Source of the DNA: an uncultured Chloroflexia bacterium
Lineage (GTDB): Bacteria; Chloroflexota; Chloroflexia; QHBQ01; JADMIH01
DNA length: 64,000 nucleotides
NCBI GenBank assembly: GCA_963797095.1
Contig: CAWCNY010000005.1
Coordinates: 128,001-192,000, forward strand
Direction: 5' to 3'
The notes under the pieces were generated by a model. It did no database searches, was not told the origin of the DNA, and saw nothing but the letters and a program-made list of their open reading frames with translations. Each line of letters opens with the position of its first letter. Position 1 is the stretch's first letter. Below are positions 1 to 10,175 of this stretch, piece after piece. The translations under genes were made by a program, and so were the position numbers.

Positions 1-439
1 TGCCGCCTGAACTGCCGGAGCCGCTCCGCTGAGGGGCTTGCCTCTCATTGCGTGAGCCGGAGCCTTGGCCGCCGTTCTCGTCGCTGTAGCCGCCCTGCCC
101 GCTCTGTCGCGAGTCAAGGAGTTGCATGTCTTGAGCTACAACTTCCACGATCTGGCGCTCCTGGCCGTCCTGTCCTGTCCATTTGCGGGTCTGAAGCCTG
201 CCTTCGATGTACACCTTGCTACCTTTGTGCAGGTATTCGTTGCACGTTTCGGCGAGACGCTCCCAGGCCACCACTCGAAACCACTCAGTTTCATCTATGG
301 TCTGGCCGTCGGGACTCTTGCGAGTCCGGCTGACCGCCACCGAAAAGGTGGTTATGGGGGTGCCCTGCGGCGTATATTTCATCTCCGGGTCGCGGCCCAG
401 GTTGCCGATTATCATCACTTTGTTCAAGCCACGTGCCAT
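1..439 (-). CDS. ssb: single-stranded DNA-binding protein (3' end runs off window)
   Basis: Manual translation MARGLNKVMIIGNLGRDPEMKYTPQG...ETEWFRVVAW...KGSKVYIEGRLQTRKW; lies directly downstream of rpsF. Confidence 0.95.
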   Translation of the reverse strand, partial: MARGLNKVMIIGNLGRDPEMKYTPQGTPITTFSVAVSRTRKSPDGQTIDETEWFRVVAWERLAETCNEYLHKGSKVYIEGRLQTRKWTGQDGQERQIVEVVAQDMQLLDSRQSGQGGYSDENGGQGSGSRNERQAPQRSGSGSSGG

Positions 440-542
440 ATCTTTACTCCGTTAACAGTCTAAAAACTCAAATCTAAGGCTAATGCTCTGCAAATACATC
501 GAAGGAGGGACTAGCATACATAGCTCGTTGGATCCAACACCA

Positions 543-827
543 TTATACGATCAGGATGTGGCGTATGACGTCGTCGGAAATTCGAAGCTGCTCTTCGAGT
601 TCACGGGCGCGTGTGGGATCGAGCTTGATTTTCTCCACGATGTAATAGCCGTCTTCATACCGCTGAATCGGGTATGCCAGACGACGCTTGCCCCATTGGT
701 TCCTCTCGGTAACCTCTCCGCCCAGGCCCTGGATTAAGGACTCTACTTTGTCGGTAGCGCCTGCCAGTTCCTCGTCGGCAACATTAGGGCGAATGATATA
801 CATCAATTCGTAGTCGCGCTGTGCCAT
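543..827 (-). CDS. rpsF: 30S ribosomal protein S6
   Basis: RDYELMYIIRP...WGKRRLAYPI...EGYY...VIRHIL motifs; AGGAGG RBS favours ATG at 827. Confidence 0.95.
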   Translation of the reverse strand: MAQRDYELMYIIRPNVADEELAGATDKVESLIQGLGGEVTERNQWGKRRLAYPIQRYEDGYYIVEKIKLDPTRARELEEQLRISDDVIRHILIV

Positions 828-828
828 G

Positions 829-888
829 TTCACACCTCCTTCCTATGGGTTTGCGGCGCACCCTTGAAAGAGGCGGAGAGGTGTGAGT
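829..888 (-). promoter_or_regulatory. probable S6:S18 autoregulatory leader hairpin sequestering the rpsF RBS
   Basis: TCACACCTC (830-838) pairs with GAGGTGTGA (878-886); CCG next to the stem; position matches the known S6:S18 leader. Confidence 0.55.
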
Positions 889-982
889 TCCCCACATGGG
901 CGCGGCGCAGAAAGGTAGAAATTCTTCTACTCAATGCAACGACGGTGCAACCACCCGTCTTTTTGCACTATCTCGCATTATA

Positions 983-2572
983 TCACATCGCGTCGGCAAG
1001 GTCAAAAATCGCCGCCGTCTCTATGTGGAAGGTCTGAGGGAACATATCTACCAACCGGGCAGAAACGAGCCGGTGGGAGCGTGCCAGCACCCTAATATCG
1101 CGGGCCAGGGTGCTTGGATCGCACGACACGTAGATTACACGCGGAACCCGGCGGCGGGCGATCTCGGCCAGCAAAGAGGGATGGCACCCTGCACGCGGCG
1201 GGTCCAGGATTATCGCGGAGGGCCTCTCATTCTCGGCAAGTCGGGGCAGCAACTCTTCGGCCCGTCCCTTGCGGAACTCGACATTATCTGCGCCCATAGT
1301 GCCTGCCGACCATTGCGCGCTCTCCACGCTGCTCCCATCCGGCTCAAACGCCAGCACGCGCTTTGCCCAGCCCGCGAATTGCAATGCAAACGTACCGACG
1401 CCCGTATGTGCATCCACCAGCAAGTCGGCGTTTGCGGGAATATGGCGAGCCACCTCATCGATCAACTGCTCCGCGAGCGCAGTATTCGTCTGGAAGAAGG
1501 CCTCCGGTCCAACCCAATAGGTGCGCCCCTTGAGCCGCTCGATCCAGGCTCCCAACGGAGGCCGTAGCGCCTCACCTATTCGCTCCTGGGAGCTTCGGAG
1601 CGATGCACCTGACAGCATATCTGCCACCGCTTCAGTTGAGGCGCTTCCGGCCCCGCGCGTTTCGCCCAGGCGATTGATCGTGCCATCGTCCATCACCTCT
1701 ACCGCGAGCAGCACCGGGCGCTTCTCTCCTGTTGAGCGAGATAGCTCTCCGATGGCCTTGCGCACCGACCGCCGCGAAATGTTCATAGTACGTGCGTTAC
1801 CGGGGTCGTCACCCACAGGTGATGCAACATCTCGCTCGGCTGCTGCGCGTGTTGGCCTACCCCGGCGTTCAGGCCTGGGTTGCGCCCTCCCTCCCGCCAT
1901 CGAGTGAAACACCACTACGTTGTGCCCCGTTGTCTCGCTTGCGCGAGTCGTGATCTTCCACACGCGCATCACTCCCCGACTGTCAACTCGCATAATAGGA
2001 GAACCCGAGTCGGGAGACTCGGCCTCTTGCAGCAGCGAGTTCACAAAGGGCATCAAGCCGTTGATTCCTTCGTTGGAGATTGGACACGCCTCAACAGGGA
2101 TCAAGCTGTGCGTCTCACGCCTGTAATAGGCGAGTGAGCGCGCCACCGGATCGAGCGCAAAGTGGGAGGTATTGCGGTAATGGAAGACAGCAGGCGAAAC
2201 CAGGGGCGCCTGGAGTATCGCGTCGGGATCGGCGATACCTGCCAGCCGTACAAGTTGTGCGCGCAGAATGGCATGTTTGGCGTGCACTTGTTCTTCATAG
2301 GCCATGTGCTGCCACTGGCAGCCCCCGCATGACCCGAAATAGGGGCACAAGGCCACAACCCTTGCAGGTGATGGTTCGTGTATAGCCTGTACGACGCCGC
2401 GTAGCAGATTCTTGCTGCCCCTGGTCACAGAGACATCCACGTCCTCACCCGCGATCCCGGGCCAGGCAAACACCGCTATGCCGCTTTCAGGGTCGCGCCC
2501 TACGGCATCTCCACCGTAAGCCATATCGGCGAGTCGCAGGCGTATGGTTCTATGGTCAGGAGCAGTATTCAT
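983..2572 (-). CDS. 23S rRNA m5U methyltransferase, RlmD/TrmA family
   Basis: TRAM-like N-terminus, CPYFGSCGGCQWQH Fe-S motif, AFFQTN, LDPPRAGC, YVSCDPSTLARD, DMFPQTFHIE. Confidence 0.9.
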   Translation of the reverse strand: MNTAPDHRTIRLRLADMAYGGDAVGRDPESGIAVFAWPGIAGEDVDVSVTRGSKNLLRGVVQAIHEPSPARVVALCPYFGSCGGCQWQHMAYEEQVHAKHAILRAQLVRLAGIADPDAILQAPLVSPAVFHYRNTSHFALDPVARSLAYYRRETHSLIPVEACPISNEGINGLMPFVNSLLQEAESPDSGSPIMRVDSRGVMRVWKITTRASETTGHNVVVFHSMAGGRAQPRPERRGRPTRAAAERDVASPVGDDPGNARTMNISRRSVRKAIGELSRSTGEKRPVLLAVEVMDDGTINRLGETRGAGSASTEAVADMLSGASLRSSQERIGEALRPPLGAWIERLKGRTYWVGPEAFFQTNTALAEQLIDEVARHIPANADLLVDAHTGVGTFALQFAGWAKRVLAFEPDGSSVESAQWSAGTMGADNVEFRKGRAEELLPRLAENERPSAIILDPPRAGCHPSLLAEIARRRVPRVIYVSCDPSTLARDIRVLARSHRLVSARLVDMFPQTFHIETAAIFDLADAM

Positions 2573-2635
2573 AAGGAAAATCAGAGGGGCGAGACTGCGC
2601 CCGCCCCTCCTTACTCACACGCGTTCATTAGCGCC

Positions 2636-2941
2636 TTACAGGTGGAAATATCCTTCCAGTGGCAGCACGAACAGCGCCCCACGCCCGCTACCCTGCCCTT
2701 CGACGGGCGGCGGTGGAGGGGTCGCGGACCGGCGCTGCGGCGCAGTAAGCGCCCCACTACGCACAATCGCCATCACCGGCTCGACATCCTCGTCCTCCAC
2801 GCCCATCATCAACGTGGTATTCCCCTCGCGCCTGAAGCCTCCTGTAGAAGCGAGCCTGGTCGCGCGGAAGCCCGCCGCCAGCAGCGCGTCGGTAATATTG
2901 TCAGCCGCCTGGTTTGATACTATAGCCAGCACCAACTTCAT
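2636..2941 (-). CDS. cyclic-di-AMP receptor, PII-like DarA/PstA (DUF970) family
   Basis: MKLVLAIV...GFRATRLASTGGFRREGNTTLMMGVED...GALFVLP signature. Confidence 0.85.
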   Translation of the reverse strand: MKLVLAIVSNQAADNITDALLAAGFRATRLASTGGFRREGNTTLMMGVEDEDVEPVMAIVRSGALTAPQRRSATPPPPPVEGQGSGRGALFVLPLEGYFHL

Positions 2942-3121
2942 GCACAGGTCCCCCGTATTGTCACACAAGATCGCGGTAAGAAGCGGTCATGCGCCCCGAT
3001 TATATGTGGTGTGGCCCAACGTGTCAAATCGGGCCAAATTGGTCCGGAATCGCATTGCACTGTTAGCGGTGGTGTGGTAGGATTAACGCCACCAGTCGAT
3101 CCATGCTTTACGAGCACGCCC

Positions 3122-3925
3122 ATGCCCACTGCTACCGATAATCCGAATCGCGGCCTCGCGCCGTTGATCGATTCGCACGCCCATCTCGACTCAGATGATT
3201 ACGGCGAGGACAGGGATAGCGTGATCGAGCGCGCAAGGGAATTCGGATTGGTCGCGATTGTTACGGTAGGCATCGAGCCTGGGGATTGGGAAGGCACGCT
3301 GAGGATCGCGAGCGAGCACAGGCAGGTGTACGCCGCGCTGGGCATACACCCTAACAGCGCCGATCAAACGAGCGATCTCACGTTGTCGAGACTGCGAACT
3401 CTCTGCGAGGAGCATAACGCGGTGGCTCTCGGAGAGACAGGCCTTGATTATTATCGGAACTTCGTGCCACATGACAAACAACGCGAGTCGTTCAGGGAGC
3501 ATCTCGCGCTGGCACGCGAGCTTGATCTGCCCGTAATCATCCACAGCCGCGATGCAGGCGACGATGTTCTGGAGATTATTCGCAAGGATGGGCATGGCAC
3601 GCGTGGCGTGATGCACTCCTTCTCTGAGGACATCGACTACGCAAGAGAGTGCATCGAACTCGGCTATATGATCTCGCTGTCGGGTCCTGTGACATTCAAG
3701 AAGGCGGTAGACAGGCATCTGGTGGCACGAGATGTGCCGCTGGACTACCTGCTTGTGGAGACGGATTGTCCTTATCTTACGCCGGAGCCGTTCAGGGGTA
3801 GGCGAAACGAACCCGCTTACGTTGCCCACACGGCCAAAGCCATCGCCGACTTGCGAGGCATCTCGCTTGAAGAATTGGCAACGGCTACAACAGAGAACAC
3901 AAAGCGATTGTTCGGCATTGCCTAG
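3122..3925 (+). CDS. tatD: TatD family nuclease
   Basis: IDSHAHLD, ALGIHP, LGETGLDYY, IIHSRDA, GVMHSF, ETDCPYLTPEPFRGRRNEP. Confidence 0.93.
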   Translation: MPTATDNPNRGLAPLIDSHAHLDSDDYGEDRDSVIERAREFGLVAIVTVGIEPGDWEGTLRIASEHRQVYAALGIHPNSADQTSDLTLSRLRTLCEEHNAVALGETGLDYYRNFVPHDKQRESFREHLALARELDLPVIIHSRDAGDDVLEIIRKDGHGTRGVMHSFSEDIDYARECIELGYMISLSGPVTFKKAVDRHLVARDVPLDYLLVETDCPYLTPEPFRGRRNEPAYVAHTAKAIADLRGISLEELATATTENTKRLFGIA

Positions 3926-4015
3926 CAACAGCAAATGCCGGACTACAACATTATCTGTTTGTGTTGGGGGCGTTCGGTAATTCAGACTCAGGAGTGCCGC
4001 GAAGGGGGAGGGAAC

Positions 4016-5134
4016 ATGATCAACCTCTGGCAGTTACGGGTATTCCTTGTCGTATATGAAACTGGAAGCTTTTCGGCTGCCGCAACACGTTTGCACCTCA
4101 CTCAACCTGGGGTCAGCCAGCAGATCCGCGCACTCGAAAACTACCTCAACACCAAGTTGTTCGTGCGCCGTGGGCACGGAGTAGAATTGACCGCTGCAGG
4201 CGAGAGCCTGGTGGACCCGGCGCGCAGGCTCATCACCCTCTCGGAAACGACCGAACGCACTCTCATTTCCAAGCGAGGCGAGGTAAGCGGCAGAATACGG
4301 TTGGGGTGCGCACTTTCGTCAGGCAGCTATATCTTCAGCCCCTGGATATACGATTTTCGCTCAACATTCCCCGAAGTGACGGTCCAACTCGAACAGATCG
4401 AGCCTGGGCCATTGATCAGCGCCTTGAGGGCGCAGGAGCTTGACGGCGGCCTGGTACTGGGCCGCCTCAGAGGGCGCGGGCTGCTCCATCACAAACTGCT
4501 CGAAGACCCGTTGACCCTGATAGTGCCACTGAACCACGCATGGGCATTTCCAGGGCAACTACACAGGGTGGCCGGGGAACAAGCGAACGGCGGCGCGTTT
4601 CCAGGTTCAGATGGGCACATACCCAAGCAAGAGGATGATAGCTGGGTGCCCGCCGTCAAACTGAGCATGCTGAAGGAGCAGGCGCTTGTGCTCGAACACG
4701 GCATAGGCGAGAGCCACAGTGACGCACGCCGCGCCTTGAACGACGCCCTGGAGGAGCGCGGCTTCAATACGCGCGATCTGCACGTGGTGCTTGAACTTCC
4801 TAACCCGATGGCGGTGGCCTGCGCAGTGGCCGATGGCGCAGGCGTTGGATTGGTGCCCCAGTCCATCGCTCGACGCATGATCGGGCAGGTTGTCCCAGTC
4901 AAGATCGAGGGTTTCAACCTGAGCCAGCACGTTTACCTGATCCACGACCGCAAAGCGCTCCACACCCCGGCGGTGGGAGCCTGGTGGAAGTATATCGCGA
5001 CAAAGATGGGCAGCCAGAAACCTGCCGCCGACCAGGATGAAGAGAGCGAAACCGAGCAGGAAGAAAAGCGGGCTGTTGAACGACCAAAGGTAAAGAACGG
5101 AACCGGATTAGTGAGCGTGGGCAAAACACGATAG
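4016..5134 (+). CDS. LysR family transcriptional regulator
   Basis: N-terminal HTH LRVFLVVYETGSFSAAATRLHLTQPGVSQQIRALE; GGAGG RBS before ATG 4016. Confidence 0.92.
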   Translation: MINLWQLRVFLVVYETGSFSAAATRLHLTQPGVSQQIRALENYLNTKLFVRRGHGVELTAAGESLVDPARRLITLSETTERTLISKRGEVSGRIRLGCALSSGSYIFSPWIYDFRSTFPEVTVQLEQIEPGPLISALRAQELDGGLVLGRLRGRGLLHHKLLEDPLTLIVPLNHAWAFPGQLHRVAGEQANGGAFPGSDGHIPKQEDDSWVPAVKLSMLKEQALVLEHGIGESHSDARRALNDALEERGFNTRDLHVVLELPNPMAVACAVADGAGVGLVPQSIARRMIGQVVPVKIEGFNLSQHVYLIHDRKALHTPAVGAWWKYIATKMGSQKPAADQDEESETEQEEKRAVERPKVKNGTGLVSVGKTR

Positions 5135-5137
5135 CAA

Positions 5138-5169
5138 TGAAGGAGGCCCAGCGGCCTCCTTCACTTTTT
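5138..5169. terminator. intrinsic terminator between convergent LysR and lipB
   Basis: TGAAGGAGGCC-CAGC-GGCCTCCTTCA hairpin followed by a T-tract. Confidence 0.75.
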
Positions 5170-5187
5170 GTGTGCACTGAAAATTAC

Positions 5188-5958
5188 TCAAGGATCGCCA
5201 CTGGACGGAAGGGCAAAATCGAACCACTCTGCGAAATGCCGGGCAAAGGCGTCCTTCACCGCGAACATCGGCTGGGCGTTGCCCAGAACCCGCGAAATTG
5301 ATGACACCCCTTTGTCGGTGATGCCGCACGGCACTATGTAAGAAAAGAACTGTAAATCGGTGGTCACATTGAGCGCGATACCGTGTGTCGTTATGCCGCG
5401 CCCATCGACGCGCACCCCGATAGCGGCGATCTTCTCTTCGCCAGAGGAGCCATGCACCCACGCGCCACTGAAGCCGTCCAGTTGATGCGCCTCCACTCCA
5501 AGCTCTTCCAGCGTTCCGATCAGCACCTTTTCGAGCCTGCGAACATAGCCGGGGTAATCTATGTGCTCCCCATATTTATGCAGGTTGATGATGGGATAAG
5601 CCACCAGTTGGCCGGGGCCGTGGTAAGTCACATCGCCACCCCGGTCCACGTCAAGCACCGTGATCCCCTGTCGCTCTAGCTGATCGTCACCTATGAGGAT
5701 GTGGTCTCGCCCACCGCGCCGCCCACACGTATAGGTGTTGGTGTGCTCAAGAAGCAGCAGGGTTTCGGGTATCTCGCCTGACGATACATGCTGAGCAAGG
5801 TCGTTCTGCAAGTCCCAGCATTCCCGGTATGCGATCTGCCCAAGATCAACCACTTTGAGAGGGTGCGTAGTCGATCCCACTATGTCTTGTCTCAGCTTTT
5901 CTTCTATCAAGTTGGCTTCCACGTGTTCGGTGATGATTCGCCAATGCCGGTCGCTCAC
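5188..5958 (-). CDS. lipB: lipoyl(octanoyl) transferase
   Basis: LLLLEH..YTCGRR, DRGGDVTYHGPGQLVAYPI, KIAAIGV, HGIALNV, IVPCGI. Confidence 0.93.
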   Translation of the reverse strand: MSDRHWRIITEHVEANLIEEKLRQDIVGSTTHPLKVVDLGQIAYRECWDLQNDLAQHVSSGEIPETLLLLEHTNTYTCGRRGGRDHILIGDDQLERQGITVLDVDRGGDVTYHGPGQLVAYPIINLHKYGEHIDYPGYVRRLEKVLIGTLEELGVEAHQLDGFSGAWVHGSSGEEKIAAIGVRVDGRGITTHGIALNVTTDLQFFSYIVPCGITDKGVSSISRVLGNAQPMFAVKDAFARHFAEWFDFALPSSGDP

Positions 5959-5963
5959 TCCAC

Positions 5964-6458
5964 TTATGCCAGTCTGTTAGCGAGCCAGAACCCTACAATA
6001 CACGATTTGAGGAACAGCAGCCAGCCATAGGTGGCCCAATATACAGCGACGACACTGCCTGCATAGTTGAGTAGTGCCCCCAACCCTGTATCGATTGCTG
6101 ATACCTGTAAAGCCGGCATCCGGTTCAAACCGAGATGCAGCAGACTGGCAACCAGCGCCGGTATCAGGACGGTGGCTATTCCGCTAAACACGTTTAGATT
6201 CCCGGATTTTTGCAATAGCACCAGCGCTGCCACCGTTATCGTCAGCGGGAAAGTACTGACAAATACGTCGATTATTGTCTGTAGGTCAAGCAGCGGATTG
6301 GGGCGGGTAAACCCGAGCAGCCAGGGCATGAACGCAGCGAGACCAACAAACAGCACGTCAGCGCCAAGATCGCAAACACCAAGGATCAGAGCCAGTTTGC
6401 CAACCTCGTCCATGTTGAAACCCGCTTCGGCTTCCTTTGTCCCTACCGGATCGCTCAT
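5964..6458 (-). CDS. hypothetical multi-pass membrane protein
   Basis: Several hydrophobic segments; co-oriented between lipA and lipB. Confidence 0.7.
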   Translation of the reverse strand: MSDPVGTKEAEAGFNMDEVGKLALILGVCDLGADVLFVGLAAFMPWLLGFTRPNPLLDLQTIIDVFVSTFPLTITVAALVLLQKSGNLNVFSGIATVLIPALVASLLHLGLNRMPALQVSAIDTGLGALLNYAGSVVAVYWATYGWLLFLKSCIVGFWLANRLA

Positions 6459-6485
6459 CCCGCCCCTCTATCAAATTACAGCAGG

Positions 6486-7451
6486 TTAGACGGTGGCCTT
6501 CTGGACTTGCTCGTGAGCATGATATGATGAACGCACCAGCGGCCCGCTCTCAACATGTTTGAAGCCGAGGCCCTGCGCGATCTCCTTCAATTCTCGGAAC
6601 TCGGCAGGCGTGTAATATTTCATGACGGGCAGGTGGCGGAACGAGGGGCGGAGATACTGTCCTATCGTGACTATGTCCACGCTGTGGGCGCGCAAATCGT
6701 GAAGGACCTCCACAACCTCGTCCCACTCCTCACCAAGTCCAACCATCAGACCTGATTTGGTAAGGATCTTGCCCGAAGGGTCCATGTCGCGGGCCTTTTG
6801 AAGGAGTTCGAGCGATCGCTCGTACTTGGCCTGCGGTCGCACGATGTAGTACAGGCGCGGTACGGACTCGATATTATGATTGAGGATCTCAGGCCTGGCG
6901 TCCATTACACGCTTCAACGCCCACCAGACGCCTTTGAAATCGGGGATCAGCACTTCGATCCCACAATCGGGCACGTACTCGTGGGACTTGCGTATCAGCT
7001 CAGCAAATATGGATGCCCCGCCGTCCGCAAGTTCGTCGCGGTTCACAGATGTGATGACGCAATGCTTCAATTGCAATGACTCGATTGCCCTTGCCACGCG
7101 CTCCGGCTCTCCTTTATCTACAGCAGACGGTCTGCCCGTCTTGATAGCGCAAAAACCGCAAGATCTGGTGCACGTGTCGCCGAGGATTAGGAAAGTGGCG
7201 GTGCGATGCTCCCAGCACTCAGAGATGTTGGGACAGTGCGCCTCTTCGCAAACAGTATGCAGCCCGTTGCCGCGCATTAACCCTTTGAGGTCGAGATAAT
7301 TTTCGCCCTGCTGCCATTTTACCGTGAGCCAGGGGGGTTTGCGCTCTAACGGTACAGGAGTGGGGTTTACGGGGCGTGCAGGGCCGCCTGGACGGCTGTA
7401 CGGCCTCAATTCGAGCGGGGCAGAGGTTGAAGTAGTAGCTTGATCTGACAT
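6486..7451 (-). CDS. lipA: lipoyl synthase (radical SAM)
   Basis: [27 protein letters not shown] motifs. Confidence 0.96.
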   Translation of the reverse strand: MSDQATTSTSAPLELRPYSRPGGPARPVNPTPVPLERKPPWLTVKWQQGENYLDLKGLMRGNGLHTVCEEAHCPNISECWEHRTATFLILGDTCTRSCGFCAIKTGRPSAVDKGEPERVARAIESLQLKHCVITSVNRDELADGGASIFAELIRKSHEYVPDCGIEVLIPDFKGVWWALKRVMDARPEILNHNIESVPRLYYIVRPQAKYERSLELLQKARDMDPSGKILTKSGLMVGLGEEWDEVVEVLHDLRAHSVDIVTIGQYLRPSFRHLPVMKYYTPAEFRELKEIAQGLGFKHVESGPLVRSSYHAHEQVQKATV

Positions 7452-7529
7452 TTTATGTTCTCCGATTCTTTATGTGCAATTCACGCTCTTTTGTCGCCAT
7501 CTCTATACAACCATTATAACAACAATGTG

Positions 7530-7555
7530 AAGGGGCACGGCGCGCCGTGCCCCTT
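7530..7555. terminator. 26-bp perfect palindrome, REP-like hairpin or terminator downstream of E2
   Basis: AAGGGGCACGGCG|CGCCGTGCCCCTT. Confidence 0.6.
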
Positions 7556-7585
7556 GCTTTATTCTTTCCGGCGCTGAGTAAGTAC

Positions 7586-9091
7586 CTACAGGGATATAGT
7601 GGAAGCGTTCATCCCTTCAAGGTTCTGTTTCAGCACTCGCAGGAAGCGCGCTCCCACCGCACCATCCAGGATCCTGTGGTCAAGAGCGATAGTGGAGAAC
7701 ATCATGCTCCTGATAGCGATGGCATCATCGATCACCACGGGGCGTTTTACGATAGCCTCCATAGTAATCAGGCACGCCTGCGGCTGGTTGATGATCGAGT
7801 GGGTCATCACCACCCCGAGCGAGCCTGTGTTATTGACTGTGATGGTGCCGCCCTCGATCTCAGGGAGGGTGAGCTTACCGGCGCGGGCCTTCTCAGCCAG
7901 TTCGTATAGTTTGCGGGCAATCCCGGTCACGCTCAAGTTATCCGCGCCCTGGATCACAGGCACAATCAATCCCTGGTCGCCAAGTTCAATAGGCACGCCC
8001 ACATTGATATTGCGCTTGAGTATCACGCCCTGCTCGTCGTTCCACACCGAGTTGACCTGTGGCACCTGCCTGATGGAGTCGACCACAGCCTTGATGAAGA
8101 ACGAGTAGTAAGTGACGGGGATGCCCTCTCTCTGCTCGAAATCGGCTTTGATGCTGTCGCGGTACTTGACCACGCTCGTCATATCGATCTCGATGGTGGT
8201 CCAGGCGTGCGGTGAAGTATGCACGCTCTCCACCATGTGCCTCGCGATTGCCCGCCTCATCGGAGTCAGGCCCATCGCGACATCGCCCATCATAGGCGCA
8301 GGCATGGCACCAGTTGGAGCGGGAGCGGCTGGAGCGGGAGCGGCTGGAGCAGCGGGAGTTGGCAAAGGCGAGGGTGCGGGTGCGACGGGTGCAAGTGCAG
8401 CCGCCGGAGCAGGTGCGGGAGCCGCGCCGCGCTGGGCCACGTACTGGAGAATGTCTTCTTTGGTCACGCGGCCACCAAGCCCTGTGCCTGGAACCTGACG
8501 CAGATCAACCCCGTGCTCTTCGGCCAACCGCCTCACCGCCGGAGTGGAGCGCCTTCGCAGTATCGCCTCTTCGCTCTCAACGCCACCTGCGGGAGCGGGA
8601 GCAGAGCCGCCCGCATACATCTCAGCAGGCGCAGCAGGCATAGCAGCGGCCACCGAAGCGCCCATATCGGCGGGCATGGCGGGCTGGGGCTGGTATTGAG
8701 GCTGGGAGCGCCCGTTGTCGGTCGCCTGTGGCGCAGGAGCGGCGGGTGGTGCAGGTGGAGCGGGGGCAGGTGCAGGAGCTTCTGCGACCGGCGCGGGGGC
8801 GGCGGTCTGTGCCGCCGATGGCTGCGGGGCCGGCGCGCTCACGGCGTCGCCGCCTTCATCGATTGAAAGTATCTCGGTGCCGACGGGCACGGTCGCGCCT
8901 TCCTCTATCTTGAGTTCCTTTATCACGCCGGCCACGGGCGAGGGAATCTCGGCGTTTACCTTGTCGGTAATGACTTCGGCAAGCGACTCGTACTTTTCGA
9001 CGGTGTCGCCCGGCTGCTTCAGCCATTTGCCAATGGTCCCTTCGGTGACGCTCTCGCCCAGTTGGGGCATTGTAACCGGGGTTACGGGCAT
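7586..9091 (-). CDS. 2-oxoacid dehydrogenase E2 (dihydrolipoamide acyltransferase)
   Basis: Lipoyl domain TDKVNAEIPSP, E3-binding TPAVRRLAEEHGVDL, catalytic DHRILDG; Ala/Pro linkers. Confidence 0.93.
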   Translation of the reverse strand: MPVTPVTMPQLGESVTEGTIGKWLKQPGDTVEKYESLAEVITDKVNAEIPSPVAGVIKELKIEEGATVPVGTEILSIDEGGDAVSAPAPQPSAAQTAAPAPVAEAPAPAPAPPAPPAAPAPQATDNGRSQPQYQPQPAMPADMGASVAAAMPAAPAEMYAGGSAPAPAGGVESEEAILRRRSTPAVRRLAEEHGVDLRQVPGTGLGGRVTKEDILQYVAQRGAAPAPAPAAALAPVAPAPSPLPTPAAPAAPAPAAPAPTGAMPAPMMGDVAMGLTPMRRAIARHMVESVHTSPHAWTTIEIDMTSVVKYRDSIKADFEQREGIPVTYYSFFIKAVVDSIRQVPQVNSVWNDEQGVILKRNINVGVPIELGDQGLIVPVIQGADNLSVTGIARKLYELAEKARAGKLTLPEIEGGTITVNNTGSLGVVMTHSIINQPQACLITMEAIVKRPVVIDDAIAIRSMMFSTIALDHRILDGAVGARFLRVLKQNLEGMNASTISL

Positions 9092-9191
9092 TCTATTTCC
9101 TCCAAGTCATATATTGAAAATATGTTGTACAAGCCTGAAAGCATCAAGTTCAAAGCCACCGGTCGACGTTGAGCGCTGAGCCTGGAACTAA

Positions 9192-10175
9192 CTAATAAGC
9201 CGCCAACTGCCTCATCGCATTGGCAATTTTCTCGGGATTGGGCATGAAATAGTGTTCCTGGTTGTGGTTATACGGCATGGCCGGTATGTCGGGTCCAGCC
9301 ACACGCATGATCGGCCCGTCCAGGTAGGCAAACGCAGCCTCCGAGATCGAAGCGCTGATTTCGGCGCCCCAACCACCGCTGTAGGTGTCCTCGTATACGA
9401 CGAGGGCCTTACCCGTCTTCTTGACCGAATTGACGATCGTCTCGCGGTCCAACGGGCTGATCGTGCGTACATCCACTACTTCCACGCTCACGCCCTCACC
9501 CTGAAGAGTCTCGGCGGCGGTGAGGCAGTGGTGGAGCATCATTCCATACGCGACTGCCGTCATATCCGTTCCTTCGCGTGCGATGGCGGCCTTTCCCAGC
9601 GGTACTGTGTAGTCCTCGTCGGGCACCTCGCCCTTGATCAGCCGGTAAGCGCCCTTGTGCTCAAGAAATATCACCGGATCGGGGTCGCGGATCGCGGCTT
9701 TGAGCAATCCCTTCGCATCGTAAGGGTTGGAAGGGATGACCACGATCAATCCTGGTATATGCCCGTACAGCGCTTCCACGCTCTGCGAGTGATAGAGCGC
9801 GCCGTGGATACCACCCCCATATGGCATACGTATAACCATGGGCACATTGAACGCATTATTCGAGCGAAAGCGAATCTTGGCCGCTTCGTTCATGATCTGG
9901 TCCATAGCAGGGTGGCTGAAGTCGGCGAATTGCATCTCGGCCACGGGCCTCATCCCATTTACCGCCGCGCCGATAGCCGCACCGGCGATCACCGACTCGG
10001 CGAGTGGGGTATCCAGCACGCGCAATGTCCCGAACTGCTTGGAGAACCCATCGGTCACGCCGAACACACCGCCGCGAGGGCCAACGTCCTCGCCCATCAC
10101 AAAGACGCGCTCATCGCGCTCCATCTCCTCGCGCAATCCGTCTCGGATCGCTTCAATCATGGTCTTTACCGCCAT
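9192..10175 (-). CDS. 2-oxoacid (probably branched-chain) dehydrogenase E1 beta
   Basis: GEDVGPRGGVF, DTPLAES, EMQFADF, HSQSVE. Confidence 0.93.
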   Translation of the reverse strand: MAVKTMIEAIRDGLREEMERDERVFVMGEDVGPRGGVFGVTDGFSKQFGTLRVLDTPLAESVIAGAAIGAAVNGMRPVAEMQFADFSHPAMDQIMNEAAKIRFRSNNAFNVPMVIRMPYGGGIHGALYHSQSVEALYGHIPGLIVVIPSNPYDAKGLLKAAIRDPDPVIFLEHKGAYRLIKGEVPDEDYTVPLGKAAIAREGTDMTAVAYGMMLHHCLTAAETLQGEGVSVEVVDVRTISPLDRETIVNSVKKTGKALVVYEDTYSGGWGAEISASISEAAFAYLDGPIMRVAGPDIPAMPYNHNQEHYFMPNPEKIANAMRQLAAY

